From a bacterium (GTDB lineage Bacteria; Myxococcota; UBA727; JAUIJE01), in the NCBI GenBank assembly GCA_030431455.1, contig JAUIJE010000003.1:8360-72359 (forward strand): DNA of 64,000 bases, in the 5' to 3' direction. Position numbers and translations under genes: made by a program. Positions 18,909 to 28,653 of the stretch are shown here, one piece after another (within the stretch, counting starts at the first letter, position 1; every line of letters starts with the position of its first letter). The notes beneath the pieces were generated by a model, which did no database searches, was not told where the DNA came from, and saw only the letters and a list, made by a program, of their open reading frames with translations.

Positions 18909-20492
18909 ATGAACCGTGCATTGACGTTGTCCCTCCTGTTCTCCGTGTTGTCCGCCTGCGTGCCCGACGGCGGCGTGGCCGAGCCCGAACCGAGCGCCGA
19001 GCCGGAGCCCACGCCCGACGCCGGAGCGCTCGACGGGGGCGGGGACGCGGGCTTTGCCGACGCGGGCGCCCCCGACGCGGGCGGCGACGATGCCGGGTGT
19101 GTCGACGACGCGCCCTGCGCCAATGTCACCTGTGGCTTGGTCACGGACGCGTGCGGGGCGACGGTGTCGTGCGGCTCGTGCGTCACCCCCGACGAGCTCG
19201 ACCAGCTCGCGCCCCGGGTCGACGAGGTCGTCGACCACCTGTGGTCGACGTCGTATATGCAGGATGTGTTTGACCTCGACCCCAACGCGGTCCGCGAACA
19301 CGCCTTGACCGCCTTCGAGAACATCCCCGACCCGGGCCGCGCCCACATCGCCGCCCTCGGCCGCGCGGTGCGCGGGTTCAAAAATGGCCACACCGGCTTC
19401 GGCCTGTCGCTGGGCGGGACCTGCCGCGAACAATCCGGGGCCGACAGCGGCATCAGCGTGTACGGCGTGTGTGCGCACCCCCGGGGCGATCACTTCGTGG
19501 TCAGCCAGGCCCCGGGCACGTCCAACCCCCTGGCGCTCGACCTCGGGGACGAGGTGTTGGCGGTCAACGGCCTGTCCGGTCCCGCTTTGCACCAATTGAT
19601 TCTCGACGACGCGGTCTGCGGCAATGGCGCGGGCAATGACTCGGTGGCCCACGACCTCGCGGCGGCGGCGCTGTTTTCATGGCTGCGCCCCGGGGATGTG
19701 CTCGACGTGCGCGCGCCCGACGGCACCTTGCACACCGTGGTGGTCGGGGACGAAGAGGCCGCGCCGGTCTACTGCCGTTACCCCGCGGGCCCGACCGGCA
19801 CGCCTTTGGTCACCGCCACCTTGCGCCCCGACAACGTCGCGGTCATCGCCCTCACCCGGTTTGTGTTTTTCCCGGGCGAGCCGGGCTACGACGAGGACTA
19901 CCTCACCCAGCTCGCGAACATGACCCAGGCCATCGAGGACGAGCTCGACACCGTGCGCGACGACGCGGTGGGCGTCGTCTGGGACCTGCGCGGCAACATC
20001 GGCGGCTACACCTTCGCCGGCCTCGAGGTCGTCTCGGGCATGCCCGGGGCGATGTCGACCTTCATCGCCCGGTGTTGGTATCGCGTGCCCGGCTCCGACC
20101 CCCTCGACTACCAGGACAGCGGCCCGTTCCAGCTCACCCCGAGCCCGCGTTTTGACGTCGGGGTGCCCGCGGCGGTGCTCATCGACGGACGCACGATCAG
20201 CGCCGGCGACTACTTTGCCCGCGCGGCCCAGGTCGCCACTGACGCGCGGCTGTTCGGTCGACCCGCGGCGGGGGCGTACGGCGGCGGCGGCGCCTACATC
20301 GAGCTTTCCGAGAGCCCCGGCTATTACCTCAGCTACGACCCCTACCGCTGCGACGACGAGGAGGGCTTGCCGCTGGAGACACGCTCGGTCGAGCCCGACG
20401 AGCTGGTCGAGCTCTCCCCCGACGACCTCGTGGCCGGCCGCGACACCGTCGTCGAGCGGGCCGCGGCGTGGATCCTCGACCAAGCCCCCTAG
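18909..20492 (+). CDS. S41 family (C-terminal processing/tail-specific-like) serine peptidase, lipoprotein
   Basis: Signal peptide MNRALTLSLLFSVLSAC (lipobox), a D/G/A-rich spacer, then S41 motifs VWDLRGNIGG and DGRTISAGD. Confidence 0.7.
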   Translation: MNRALTLSLLFSVLSACVPDGGVAEPEPSAEPEPTPDAGALDGGGDAGFADAGAPDAGGDDAGCVDDAPCANVTCGLVTDACGATVSCGSCVTPDELDQLAPRVDEVVDHLWSTSYMQDVFDLDPNAVREHALTAFENIPDPGRAHIAALGRAVRGFKNGHTGFGLSLGGTCREQSGADSGISVYGVCAHPRGDHFVVSQAPGTSNPLALDLGDEVLAVNGLSGPALHQLILDDAVCGNGAGNDSVAHDLAAAALFSWLRPGDVLDVRAPDGTLHTVVVGDEEAAPVYCRYPAGPTGTPLVTATLRPDNVAVIALTRFVFFPGEPGYDEDYLTQLANMTQAIEDELDTVRDDAVGVVWDLRGNIGGYTFAGLEVVSGMPGAMSTFIARCWYRVPGSDPLDYQDSGPFQLTPSPRFDVGVPAAVLIDGRTISAGDYFARAAQVATDARLFGRPAAGAYGGGGAYIELSESPGYYLSYDPYRCDDEEGLPLETRSVEPDELVELSPDDLVAGRDTVVERAAAWILDQAP

Positions 20493-20590
20493 CGTCCCGC
20501 GCCGAGACGCCGGACCAGAGCGACCGGTGCGTGGCCTGACTCGACAAAAGGGGCGAGGGTCAGGTACTCCTCCGTACCGAAGGAGGATGT

Positions 20591-21868
20591 ATGCGTTTTT
20601 CGTCTGTTCTGGGGGCCCCGGTGGTTGCGGCCTTGCTGCTCTGTTCGTCGTCGAGCCTCGCGGGGGGGCTGGACATGCTCCAGCCCAAAAGTGGCAAGGT
20701 GATCTACGTCTCCCCAAAGGGCAAAAACAAGAACGACGGGACCGCCGCCGCCCCGATGAAAAACATCGACAAGGCCATCGCCAAAGCCAAAGCCGGCGAC
20801 ACCATCGCGGTGGCCGAAGGCCGCTACAAAGGCACCTTCAGCGTCGGGCTCTGGGAGCTCGACAAAGACCTCCACATCTACGGTGGCTTTGCCAAGGACT
20901 TCAAATCCCGTGACGTGCAAAAGCACATCACCCTGCTGCAACCGGACAACACCCGGTTCGACAAGTCGGGGGTCAAGCCGTTCTTCGCGGGCAAGCAGAA
21001 CTTCAAGTTCAAAGACCTCGTCATCGACGGGTTTGTGTTCGAACAGGGCGAGATGACCCCCTACGAAAAATCCAAAGGCAAGCCCGACGGGGTCGAGACC
21101 GGGATGATGCGCATCGGACCGGGCATGAAAAACCCCGACACCCCGTGCCTCAACCTGCAAGGGGACAACATCCGGATTCGCCACAATGTCTTTGTCAACT
21201 GCGCCGGCGGCGGGGTCCGCCTGGGCCTCGACGGCAAGCAGGGCGCGGTGGTGGAGAACAATGTGTTTGTGGCCAACCGCTACGCCGCGGTCAACAGCCG
21301 GGGCCTCAAGCCCAGCGGGATCGGGAAGACGGTGGTCAAGAACAACACCATTTTGTTCACCTGGACCCGGGCCAAGGATTTCCAGAGCCAAGGCTATGGC
21401 GTCGAAGTCCTGAGCAAGACCGGCTACGTCATCGAGAACAACATCATCGCCCTCAACATCGGACCCGGGATCAACAGCCAACGTTTCAACACCGACATCG
21501 TGATGAACGGCAATCTGTTCTGGGGGAACAAAAAGAAGGACCTGTGGTTCAACCCCTCTTCCAATGTCTCTGTGCAGATCGATGCCGCGGAGTTCGAGGA
21601 CCTCGAGGTGGAGAACGACGGCAACGAGAACAAACCCACCAAGCTCGACGTCAACCCGGCCTACCTCGCGGGGGTGATCAGCGCGTCGTACTCCGAGAAG
21701 GTCGACTACGACCCCGAGTCCCCCGCCAATCTGATGCGCGAGCTGTTCGGGCTGAACAAGCAGGGCAAGATCCAAAGCAAAGTCACGATGTTCGCCAACC
21801 GCTACCCCTGGAAAAACGCGGTGGGCTTGTTCGGGGCGGTGAAGGGCAAAGGCGCGCAAAAGCCCTGA
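20591..21868 (+). CDS. secreted right-handed parallel beta-helix repeat protein (pectate-lyase-fold, DUF1565-like)
   Basis: AGGAGG RBS 5 nt upstream of the ATG and a signal peptide. Repeated beta-helix rungs (NNxFVANRY, NNTILF, ENNIIALN, NGNLFWGN). The protein is Lys/Asn-rich and the local GC (~58-60%) is well below the window average. Confidence 0.7.
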   Translation: MRFSSVLGAPVVAALLLCSSSSLAGGLDMLQPKSGKVIYVSPKGKNKNDGTAAAPMKNIDKAIAKAKAGDTIAVAEGRYKGTFSVGLWELDKDLHIYGGFAKDFKSRDVQKHITLLQPDNTRFDKSGVKPFFAGKQNFKFKDLVIDGFVFEQGEMTPYEKSKGKPDGVETGMMRIGPGMKNPDTPCLNLQGDNIRIRHNVFVNCAGGGVRLGLDGKQGAVVENNVFVANRYAAVNSRGLKPSGIGKTVVKNNTILFTWTRAKDFQSQGYGVEVLSKTGYVIENNIIALNIGPGINSQRFNTDIVMNGNLFWGNKKKDLWFNPSSNVSVQIDAAEFEDLEVENDGNENKPTKLDVNPAYLAGVISASYSEKVDYDPESPANLMRELFGLNKQGKIQSKVTMFANRYPWKNAVGLFGAVKGKGAQKP

Positions 21869-21941
21869 CCCGCGAAATGCGCACCCGCCATCAAGCGCGC
21901 CTCCCGCTCGCCCCTTAGGGTGGCGTGCAGGAGGTCCGGAC

Positions 21942-22565
21942 ATGGCCAAGATCGACGTCAAAAAGCAGTTCCCCGCGGCCTACAAGATCACCCCCCGGGA
22001 TGGCGTGGTGGTGCGGGACATCCCCCCGCTGCGGTTTTTGATGATCGACGGCGAAGGGCCCCCCGGCAACGACGCCTACACCGCCGCGGTGGAGGCGCTG
22101 TTCTCGGTCTCCTACGCCACCAAGTTTGCGGTCAAAAAAGGGCCCAGCGGCGTGGACTACGGCGTCATGCCCCTGGAGGGCTTGTGGTGGGCCGACGACC
22201 ACGACGCCTATCTCACCGACCGCCGCGACGAGTGGAAATGGACCCTGATGATCTTGCAGCCGGACATCGCCACCGACGAACTGCTGCGTGACACCATGCA
22301 GAGCGTACAGGCCAAAAAGGGCCTCACCGCCATCGACCACCTGCGCATCGAGACCCTGGAGGAGGGATGCTGCGGCCAAGTCCTCCACATCGGCCCGTTC
22401 ACCGAGGAAGGCCCCACCGTCGAGCGCTTGCACGCGGTCATCGCCGAACGCGGCACGCTGCGGGGCAAGCATCACGAGGTGTACCTCAGCGACGTGCGCC
22501 GGGCGGATCCCGCACGCTGGAGAACCATCATCCGGCAGCCGATGACCGCGGCCCCGGCCGTCTGA
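21942..22565 (+). CDS. GyrI-like small-molecule-binding domain protein
   Basis: 207 aa. CAGGAGG RBS. The layout and conserved WWADD..W and HIGPF..P segments resemble GyrI-like/AraC-effector-binding-domain proteins. Confidence 0.55.
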   Translation: MAKIDVKKQFPAAYKITPRDGVVVRDIPPLRFLMIDGEGPPGNDAYTAAVEALFSVSYATKFAVKKGPSGVDYGVMPLEGLWWADDHDAYLTDRRDEWKWTLMILQPDIATDELLRDTMQSVQAKKGLTAIDHLRIETLEEGCCGQVLHIGPFTEEGPTVERLHAVIAERGTLRGKHHEVYLSDVRRADPARWRTIIRQPMTAAPAV

Positions 22566-22566
22566 G

Positions 22567-24372
22567 TCAGGGCAGGACGCGCTCGAAGCGCAAGTCGAGT
22601 TCGTCGAGGTCCCGGGCGTATTCGACCCGCACCGTGTCCTGGGTGCGGTGTTCGGTGAGGGTGAACGCCCCCTGGGTGGGGATGCCGGCGGGCACCCAGC
22701 CGAGACCGTCGGCGAGCTCCACGTAGGCCCCGATGGCCTGGGCGGTGGCGGGGTTGACCTCGACGCTGAACGGAACCGGACCGGGAGAACTCAAGGTGCA
22801 GCGGCCGTCGTCGCGCACCAAGCGAACCTGATGCCGGCCATCGCGCAGCAGCGTGCGCAGCAACACGCCGACGTGACGCCCCAAAAATGCCCGAACGTGG
22901 GCACGGCCCTGGTGGCCCAGCGCCTCCGCTCGGCACACAAATGTCACTGCCCGCTCGAGGCGCCGCAATGCGTCGGCCAGCTCCAGTTGCCCATGGCCCC
23001 ACCGTTCGAGGGTGCGCTCGATGGCGGCCGGGGCGGCGGCCACGACTTGAATCTCGTGCCCGGTGCGGAACCGCAGCGCATCTTGGGCGGTGAGGTCACC
23101 AGGGGCGGCCGTGGCCACGGTGATCACCCGCCCCAGCTGGCGCACCGGGACCATGCGGTGCTGGTCGAGGGGGCCGCACAGGTCGACCAGGTCGGGCAAA
23201 AGCCCGACGGTGTCGAGGTCGATGGTGGGCACGCCCCACACCTCGCCCAATGCATCTGCAATGTCCGCCTCGGCGAGCAGCCGGTAGGTGGTCAGTCGGG
23301 TCGACGCTCCAGGGTCGTCGAGCCGTGCCACCTGGGCGACGTGGTCGGTGATCAACCCGCGGGCGCGCAACGCGGCGATCACCGGGGCGTCTGGGTCTGG
23401 AGGCGCCCACGCGTTGTGCGATCGGTGGGCGCGCTCGACGGAGTCGGCCTCGAACTCTTGTTCGTACAGCCGGGTGGCGTCCCGGATCGCTGCCGGGGCC
23501 GCGGCCAGCGGAATCATCGGGCCGACCACGCTTTCACACAGCCACACCGCGGTCTGGTCAGACGGATCGAGCATCGCCACCCGGCGGAAGCGGCCGCTTC
23601 TTCCCAATGGTACTGCGTCGCAGACCTGCATCCGGCGGAGCTGGTCGCGGTGTTGGTACACCCCCGCCTCGGCGAACTCCTCGCGGGGGTTGGCCCAGCC
23701 GGTGCCATAGAACGCCCCCATCAACTCGGCCGAAAGATTCTCGTCGTCTTCGCTGCGCGAGCCGAGGAAGTCGAGCAGGGGCTGCCGGGCGGCCATCGCC
23801 TGCGCGTCGAGGGCGCGCACCTCTGCGGGCGAAAAGTGCCCCAGGGCCACCAACGCCCGGCGCACCGGGCCGTTGAACTCGTCATCGGCCACCCGCGAAA
23901 AACCATCCGGGCTCTCGGGCAACTGCACGAGGGCGGCGTACAGGCGCGACTCGGGCAGAACCACGACGTGGATCGGCAACCGGCTCCAGCGCGCGGCGGC
24001 GGCGATCGCGCCGGCGCGGTCCGGGTCATCCATGCCGAGCCAGAGGCTCTCCTCGTCGACGTGCAGGGGCACCATCCCGTGCAGCCGGCAGCCGTCGGGG
24101 GGCAGGACATAGACCGCTTCGGGGAGCGGCTCGCCATCGGGCCAGGTGCCAAACCGCACCGACACCGCCTCTTTCTCGTCCGCGGGGGTGATCAGACGGC
24201 CGGGCGCGGGCCGCCGGACCCACCGCCGCCACAGGGCCAAAAGCCCACGACCGACCCAACGCGCAAGCAGCAGCCACAACGGCGACGACGGCGTGTGAAA
24301 CCACGACGGCGCCGGCCGCTGGAGGTTGAGGCGCACCATCTGCCAATGATGACCCGCCCGGCCCGGCCCCAC
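22567..24372 (-). CDS. tandem GspE-N/MshEN (T2SS-E N-terminal) domain protein, putative c-di-GMP-binding regulator
   Basis: Two segments resemble T2SSE_N/MshEN domains (ITDHVAQVARLD..LAEADIADALGEVWGVPTIDL and MVPVRQLGRVITVATAAPGDLTAQDALRFRTGHEIQVVAAAPAAIERTL). It sits immediately downstream of pilT on the same strand. Confidence 0.5.
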   Translation of the reverse strand: MGPGRAGHHWQMVRLNLQRPAPSWFHTPSSPLWLLLARWVGRGLLALWRRWVRRPAPGRLITPADEKEAVSVRFGTWPDGEPLPEAVYVLPPDGCRLHGMVPLHVDEESLWLGMDDPDRAGAIAAAARWSRLPIHVVVLPESRLYAALVQLPESPDGFSRVADDEFNGPVRRALVALGHFSPAEVRALDAQAMAARQPLLDFLGSRSEDDENLSAELMGAFYGTGWANPREEFAEAGVYQHRDQLRRMQVCDAVPLGRSGRFRRVAMLDPSDQTAVWLCESVVGPMIPLAAAPAAIRDATRLYEQEFEADSVERAHRSHNAWAPPDPDAPVIAALRARGLITDHVAQVARLDDPGASTRLTTYRLLAEADIADALGEVWGVPTIDLDTVGLLPDLVDLCGPLDQHRMVPVRQLGRVITVATAAPGDLTAQDALRFRTGHEIQVVAAAPAAIERTLERWGHGQLELADALRRLERAVTFVCRAEALGHQGRAHVRAFLGRHVGVLLRTLLRDGRHQVRLVRDDGRCTLSSPGPVPFSVEVNPATAQAIGAYVELADGLGWVPAGIPTQGAFTLTEHRTQDTVRVEYARDLDELDLRFERVLP

Positions 24373-24415
24373 GACCGGCGCGCCAACGCTGTCTCAAGGC
24401 GGGCGCCGGGGGCGC

Positions 24416-25621
24416 TCAGAACCGTTCGATCTTGAAGTCGTCGTCGACCGGGGCGCCGGTCTGGCTCCGGACCGGGTTCTGCGGGGGCTGGCTGGGCGCG
24501 GCCGGCCGGCTCTGGCTTTGTTCGAAGTCGTCCCAGCGGGAGTCGGACGTGCCCCCAATGCCACTGACCCGCAGCTTGAAGTCGTCGGGGTTGGTGGCCT
24601 GGCGCACCGCCTCTTCGAAGGTGATGAGTTTGCGCGAGAGCAGCGACATCAAGGACTGGTCAAAGGTCTGCATCCCGTAGGTGGTGTAGCCGGCGGAGAT
24701 CGCGTCGTTGAGTTCTTTGGTGCGGTCTTTGTCCTCGATGAGCTCGCGCACCCGGGCGGTGGCCCGCAGCACTTCCACCGCCGCGACCCGGCCGCGCCCG
24801 TCGGCGCGGGGCACCAGGCGTTGCGACACCACCGACCGAAGAATCGCGCCCAGCTGGAGCCGGACCTGCTTTTGTTGGTAGGGCGGAAACGCCGCCACCA
24901 CGCGGGTGATGGTCTCGGTGGCGTCGAGGGTGTGCAGGGTGCTCATCACCAGGTGACCGGTCTCGGCCGCGGTCATCGCGGTCTCGATGGTCTCCAGGTC
25001 GCGCATCTCACCGACGAGGATGACGTCGGGGTCTTCGCGCAGGGCGCTCTTGAGGGCCCGGGCAAAGCTGCGGGTGTCGACGCCCACTTCGCGCTGGTTG
25101 ACGATGGACCGCTTGTCACGAATGAGGAACTCGATCGGGTCTTCGATGGTGAGGACGTGGCACGTGCGGTTGGTGTTGATGTGGTCGATGAGCGCGGCCA
25201 GGGTGGTGGATTTGCCCGAGCCGGTGGTGCCGGTGACGAGGATGAGGCCACGCTCTTCGCTTGCCACCTTTTCGAGCACGGGGGGCAAGTTGAGCTCGGC
25301 GATGGTGAGGATCTTGAACGGGATGACCCGGAACACGATGCCCACGGTGCCGCGCTGCATAAAGCAGTTGACCCGGAACCGGCCCAGGCCGGGCACGCCG
25401 TAGGCCAGGTCGATCTCGTTTTCCTTTTTGAAGACATCCTTTTGGTAGTTGTTCATGATCGAAAAGGCCATGCGACCGACCTCTTCGGGGGGCAGCCGGC
25501 GCGCGTCTTTCAGCGGCACCAACGACCCGTCGACCCGGAACATCGGGGGCAGGCCCGCCTTCAAGTGGATGTCCGAGGCGCTGCCTTTGATCGCGACGGT
25601 GAGGATGTCGTTGAGCTCCAC
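24416..25621 (-). CDS. pilT: type IV pilus twitching-motility ATPase PilT, with a ~50-aa C-terminal extension
   Basis: Walker A GTTGSGKSTT. PilT-specific motifs (EDPIEF, AHLVMSTLHT, AIRNLIRE-like VRELIEDKD). 401 aa. Confidence 0.9.
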   Translation of the reverse strand: MELNDILTVAIKGSASDIHLKAGLPPMFRVDGSLVPLKDARRLPPEEVGRMAFSIMNNYQKDVFKKENEIDLAYGVPGLGRFRVNCFMQRGTVGIVFRVIPFKILTIAELNLPPVLEKVASEERGLILVTGTTGSGKSTTLAALIDHINTNRTCHVLTIEDPIEFLIRDKRSIVNQREVGVDTRSFARALKSALREDPDVILVGEMRDLETIETAMTAAETGHLVMSTLHTLDATETITRVVAAFPPYQQKQVRLQLGAILRSVVSQRLVPRADGRGRVAAVEVLRATARVRELIEDKDRTKELNDAISAGYTTYGMQTFDQSLMSLLSRKLITFEEAVRQATNPDDFKLRVSGIGGTSDSRWDDFEQSQSRPAAPSQPPQNPVRSQTGAPVDDDFKIERF

Positions 25622-25694
25622 GCTGGCTCCTTCGTTCGGCGGTCAGGCTATCTCATCTCGAACCGTGGCATCGGCAGGCGATACAGTCCGTGTC

Positions 25695-26897
25695 ATGTCG
25701 ACCATCGCCCTCGGGGACCAAGCGCTCCCGCTGGACGTGCCCGGTCTGCGCCGGCTCACCGCGCCGCCCTCGGCCGGGACCGGCCCCGACCGCGCCGGCC
25801 TCCTCGCGCCCTTGTTGCGCGCCCTCGACGGGGCCCGGCGCCCGGTCTTGCTCGTGCCCGATCACACCCGCGCCCCCGGCGCGCTCTGGGCCCTGCCCGC
25901 TTTGTGCGCGGCCGCCCCCCGCGCGCGGGTGGTGATCGCCTCGGGCACCCACGCGCCGATGACCCCCGGCGCGGTCCGCGCCCACCTGCCCGCCCCGGTG
26001 CCGCGGGACCGGGTGCACGTCCACGACGTGACCCGCGGCCCCTACGCCGACCTCGGCGACGGCCACGCGATCTTGCGCCTGGTGGCGGACGCGGACGTGG
26101 TGGTCGCGGTCTCCCAAATGGTTCTGCATTACCTGGCGGGGTTTGGCGGCGGGCGCAAAATGCTGTTCCCCGGGGTGGCCTGCGCACAGACCGCGCGCTG
26201 GGTGCACGCCGCTTCGCTGTCGGCGACCTCCCGGGGTCGCCCGGCCACGGTGGCGCTGGGCGTGCTCGACGAAAACCCGCTGCACGCCCGCATCGAAGCC
26301 CTGTGCCACCGGCTCACGGGTGAGCTCTGGGGCGTGTGCAGCGTGCTCGAGGGCGGTCGGTTGGTGGACGCGACCGCCGGTGAACTCTTTGCCCACCACC
26401 GGGAGCTGGCCGTGCGGTACCGCGCCAACAAGACCGTCTCGGTGACCGCGCGGCCGAACCGCGTGGTGGTGAGCGCCGGCCCCGCGTCGTCGTCGCGCGA
26501 CCTCGTACAGGCCCACAAGGCCCTGTACACCGCCGCGCAGCTGTGCGCTGAGGGGGGCCAGATCCTGCTGGTGGCGGGCCTTGGCGACCGCGCCCCCGGC
26601 GCGGTGGAGCGGCTGGTCGCGGACCGTGATGCAGACTCATTGTTGGCGGATGCCCTGCACGACTTTGCCATCCCCAAACAGACCGCGTGGTCGATCAAAG
26701 ACATCCTCGCGCGGTTTGAGGTCACGGTGTGCTCGCCGCTGGCCCCCGCGCGGGTCCACCGCTGGGGCGCGCGCGCCATCGCCCCCGGCGCGCTCCCCGC
26801 CACGGTGCGCGCGTGGTGCGCCGACGACGACGAGACGGTTTGGCTCGACAGCGGGCCGGTGCGGTTTGTGTTCGGCGCGCAGAGCGCGCGCAGGTAG
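25695..26897 (+). CDS. LarA-like (DUF2088, lactate-racemase N-terminal domain) protein
   Basis: LVPDHTRAPGA resembles the LarA/DUF2088 I(S/P)DHTRP segment. The start is taken just outside the pilT overlap. 400 aa. Family assignment is tentative. Confidence 0.45.
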   Translation: MSTIALGDQALPLDVPGLRRLTAPPSAGTGPDRAGLLAPLLRALDGARRPVLLVPDHTRAPGALWALPALCAAAPRARVVIASGTHAPMTPGAVRAHLPAPVPRDRVHVHDVTRGPYADLGDGHAILRLVADADVVVAVSQMVLHYLAGFGGGRKMLFPGVACAQTARWVHAASLSATSRGRPATVALGVLDENPLHARIEALCHRLTGELWGVCSVLEGGRLVDATAGELFAHHRELAVRYRANKTVSVTARPNRVVVSAGPASSSRDLVQAHKALYTAAQLCAEGGQILLVAGLGDRAPGAVERLVADRDADSLLADALHDFAIPKQTAWSIKDILARFEVTVCSPLAPARVHRWGARAIAPGALPATVRAWCADDDETVWLDSGPVRFVFGAQSARR

Positions 26898-26904
26898 ATG
26901 CGCG

Positions 26905-28653
26905 CTAAAGCCGCAACGACTCGATGTCGTCGGGGGCGGCGCCGTCCGGGTCGACGGTGACGGTGTAGCGGCCCGAGCGGGTCTTGGACTTGCTGACGAC
27001 CTTGCCGCTCACGAGGCCGCCCTTGGCGGTCTTGAGCGTGACCTTGGCGCCGACCTTGAGGCGCTGGGCCTGCTTGGCCGCGACGGTGGCGTAGACGGTG
27101 CTGGGGCCGGACGACTCGATCACCGCCACCGCGCTCCCCGCGCGCAGGGCATCGCCGGCCTTGACCGACAGGCTCTTGACCTCGCCGGAGATGGACGCGG
27201 TCACCGTGCCCCCCGCCCCGCCCTTTTTGGCTTGGGCCAGCTTTTTGCGCTCCTGCTCCAGGGCCTGTTTGGCCTCTTCCGAGCCGGAGCTGTTCACGAC
27301 TTCTTCGAGGGCGGCCACGCTTTCTTCGAGCCGGGCCACGTCGTCACCACCGCTGCCCGCGGCCACGACCAAGGTGTCGCCGGCGTCCACTTTGTCGCCC
27401 ACCGCGACGGCCACGCGCTCGATGGTGCCCGACACCTTGGCCGACACCGTGGCCTTGCGCGCGCGCGCCGCAGTGACATTGACGGGCACCCACGTCACCT
27501 TGCTCGGGGGCTCCGCGGCCGCGGCCGCGGCCGGCTCGGGGGCGGGCTCGTCGTCGTCCTCGTCCTCATCGGCGGCGGCCGCGCCGGACGCGGTCGCCGG
27601 TTTGCGGCGGGTGGACCGGCGGGCCTTGGCGACCTTCTTGGGCGCGGGGGCCGGCTCGTCGGTGGCCGGGGGCGTGGGGGGCGGATCGGGCTCGGCCGGC
27701 TCGTCGGCCGCGGGGGCGGGCTCGGCGGGGGCGTCGTCGACGGGCGCGTCTGCCGCCGGGGCATCCGCGGGCGGGGGCTCGGTGCCGGGGGCCGGGTCTG
27801 CGGGATCTGGGGGCGCATCCCCGGGCGCGTCCACCGCCCCGGCCCCGAGGGGGGTGTCGGCGGGGGGCGGGGGCGCGGGGTCGGTCGGCGCGGGGTCCTC
27901 GTCGGCCTGGGCCACCACCGGGATGGCCCCGTCCCCGACGAACAACATGCCCGCGTAGGCCCCGCCCCCGATGAACAAGGCCACGAACAGCCCGATGAAA
28001 AACGACGGCCACGCCGAACCCCGGCGCACGGGTGCAGTGACATGGGGCCGGGACAGCTCGGTGTTTTTTGGGTCCCAGGCGTCGGTGGGCGGGGGGGTGA
28101 GCGGGGCCTCCACCGCGATCTCGGGCGGAGAGAACTCCACGAACTCGCCCGGCGCGGGCTCCGCCACCGGGGGCATCGGGGGGTCGACCGAGGTGTCCGC
28201 ATCCACCGAGGTGTCCTCGGCGGAGACCAAAAACGGGGCTTCGTCCGCGGGGGCCGCGCGGCTCGGAACCGATGTCGACATGCCCGGGCTCACCGCGGTC
28301 TTGTCGCTCATGCCCTCGGTCTGGGAGAAGCGAAGCTTGCAGCCACAGATCTGGATGGTGTCGCCGTCGACCAGGGGCTGGCGGCGGATGGCCCGGCCGT
28401 TGACGATGGTGCCGTTGCGGCTCTCCTCGTCGATGAGCACGTATTGCTCCCCGTCGGCCACGATCTTCGCGTGGGTCTTGGAGACCCCGGGCTCCTGGGG
28501 CAAGTACAGGTCACTGCCCGGCCGCCGGCCGATCACAAATGTCCCTGCAGACAGCTCCCACGAACGGCCCGCCACCGTGCCTTCGATGCACACGATCTGC
28601 CCGGACAAGACCGAGGGCAGCTGGAAAATGACGGTGCGTTCGTTGTCGCTCAT
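26905..28653 (-). CDS. FHA-domain membrane protein with a Pro/Ala/Asp-rich periplasmic linker and a C-terminal biotinyl/HlyD-like barrel domain
   Basis: N-terminal FHA domain (GRRPGSDLYL..SKTHAKI..NGTIVNG), a single TM helix (AWPSFFIGLFVALFIGGGAYAGMLFV), a long P/A/D-rich low-complexity region, and a C-terminal lipoyl/HlyD-like fold. Confidence 0.7.
   Translation of the reverse strand: MSDNERTVIFQLPSVLSGQIVCIEGTVAGRSWELSAGTFVIGRRPGSDLYLPQEPGVSKTHAKIVADGEQYVLIDEESRNGTIVNGRAIRRQPLVDGDTIQICGCKLRFSQTEGMSDKTAVSPGMSTSVPSRAAPADEAPFLVSAEDTSVDADTSVDPPMPPVAEPAPGEFVEFSPPEIAVEAPLTPPPTDAWDPKNTELSRPHVTAPVRRGSAWPSFFIGLFVALFIGGGAYAGMLFVGDGAIPVVAQADEDPAPTDPAPPPPADTPLGAGAVDAPGDAPPDPADPAPGTEPPPADAPAADAPVDDAPAEPAPAADEPAEPDPPPTPPATDEPAPAPKKVAKARRSTRRKPATASGAAAADEDEDDDEPAPEPAAAAAAEPPSKVTWVPVNVTAARARKATVSAKVSGTIERVAVAVGDKVDAGDTLVVAAGSGGDDVARLEESVAALEEVVNSSGSEEAKQALEQERKKLAQAKKGGAGGTVTASISGEVKSLSVKAGDALRAGSAVAVIESSGPSTVYATVAAKQAQRLKVGAKVTLKTAKGGLVSGKVVSKSKTRSGRYTVTVDPDGAAPDDIESLRL

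Noticed and set aside
20489-21961. 490-aa ORF on the minus strand opposite the beta-helix gene
   Set aside because: Antisense to a well-supported secreted protein gene that has its own RBS. The translation is low complexity.
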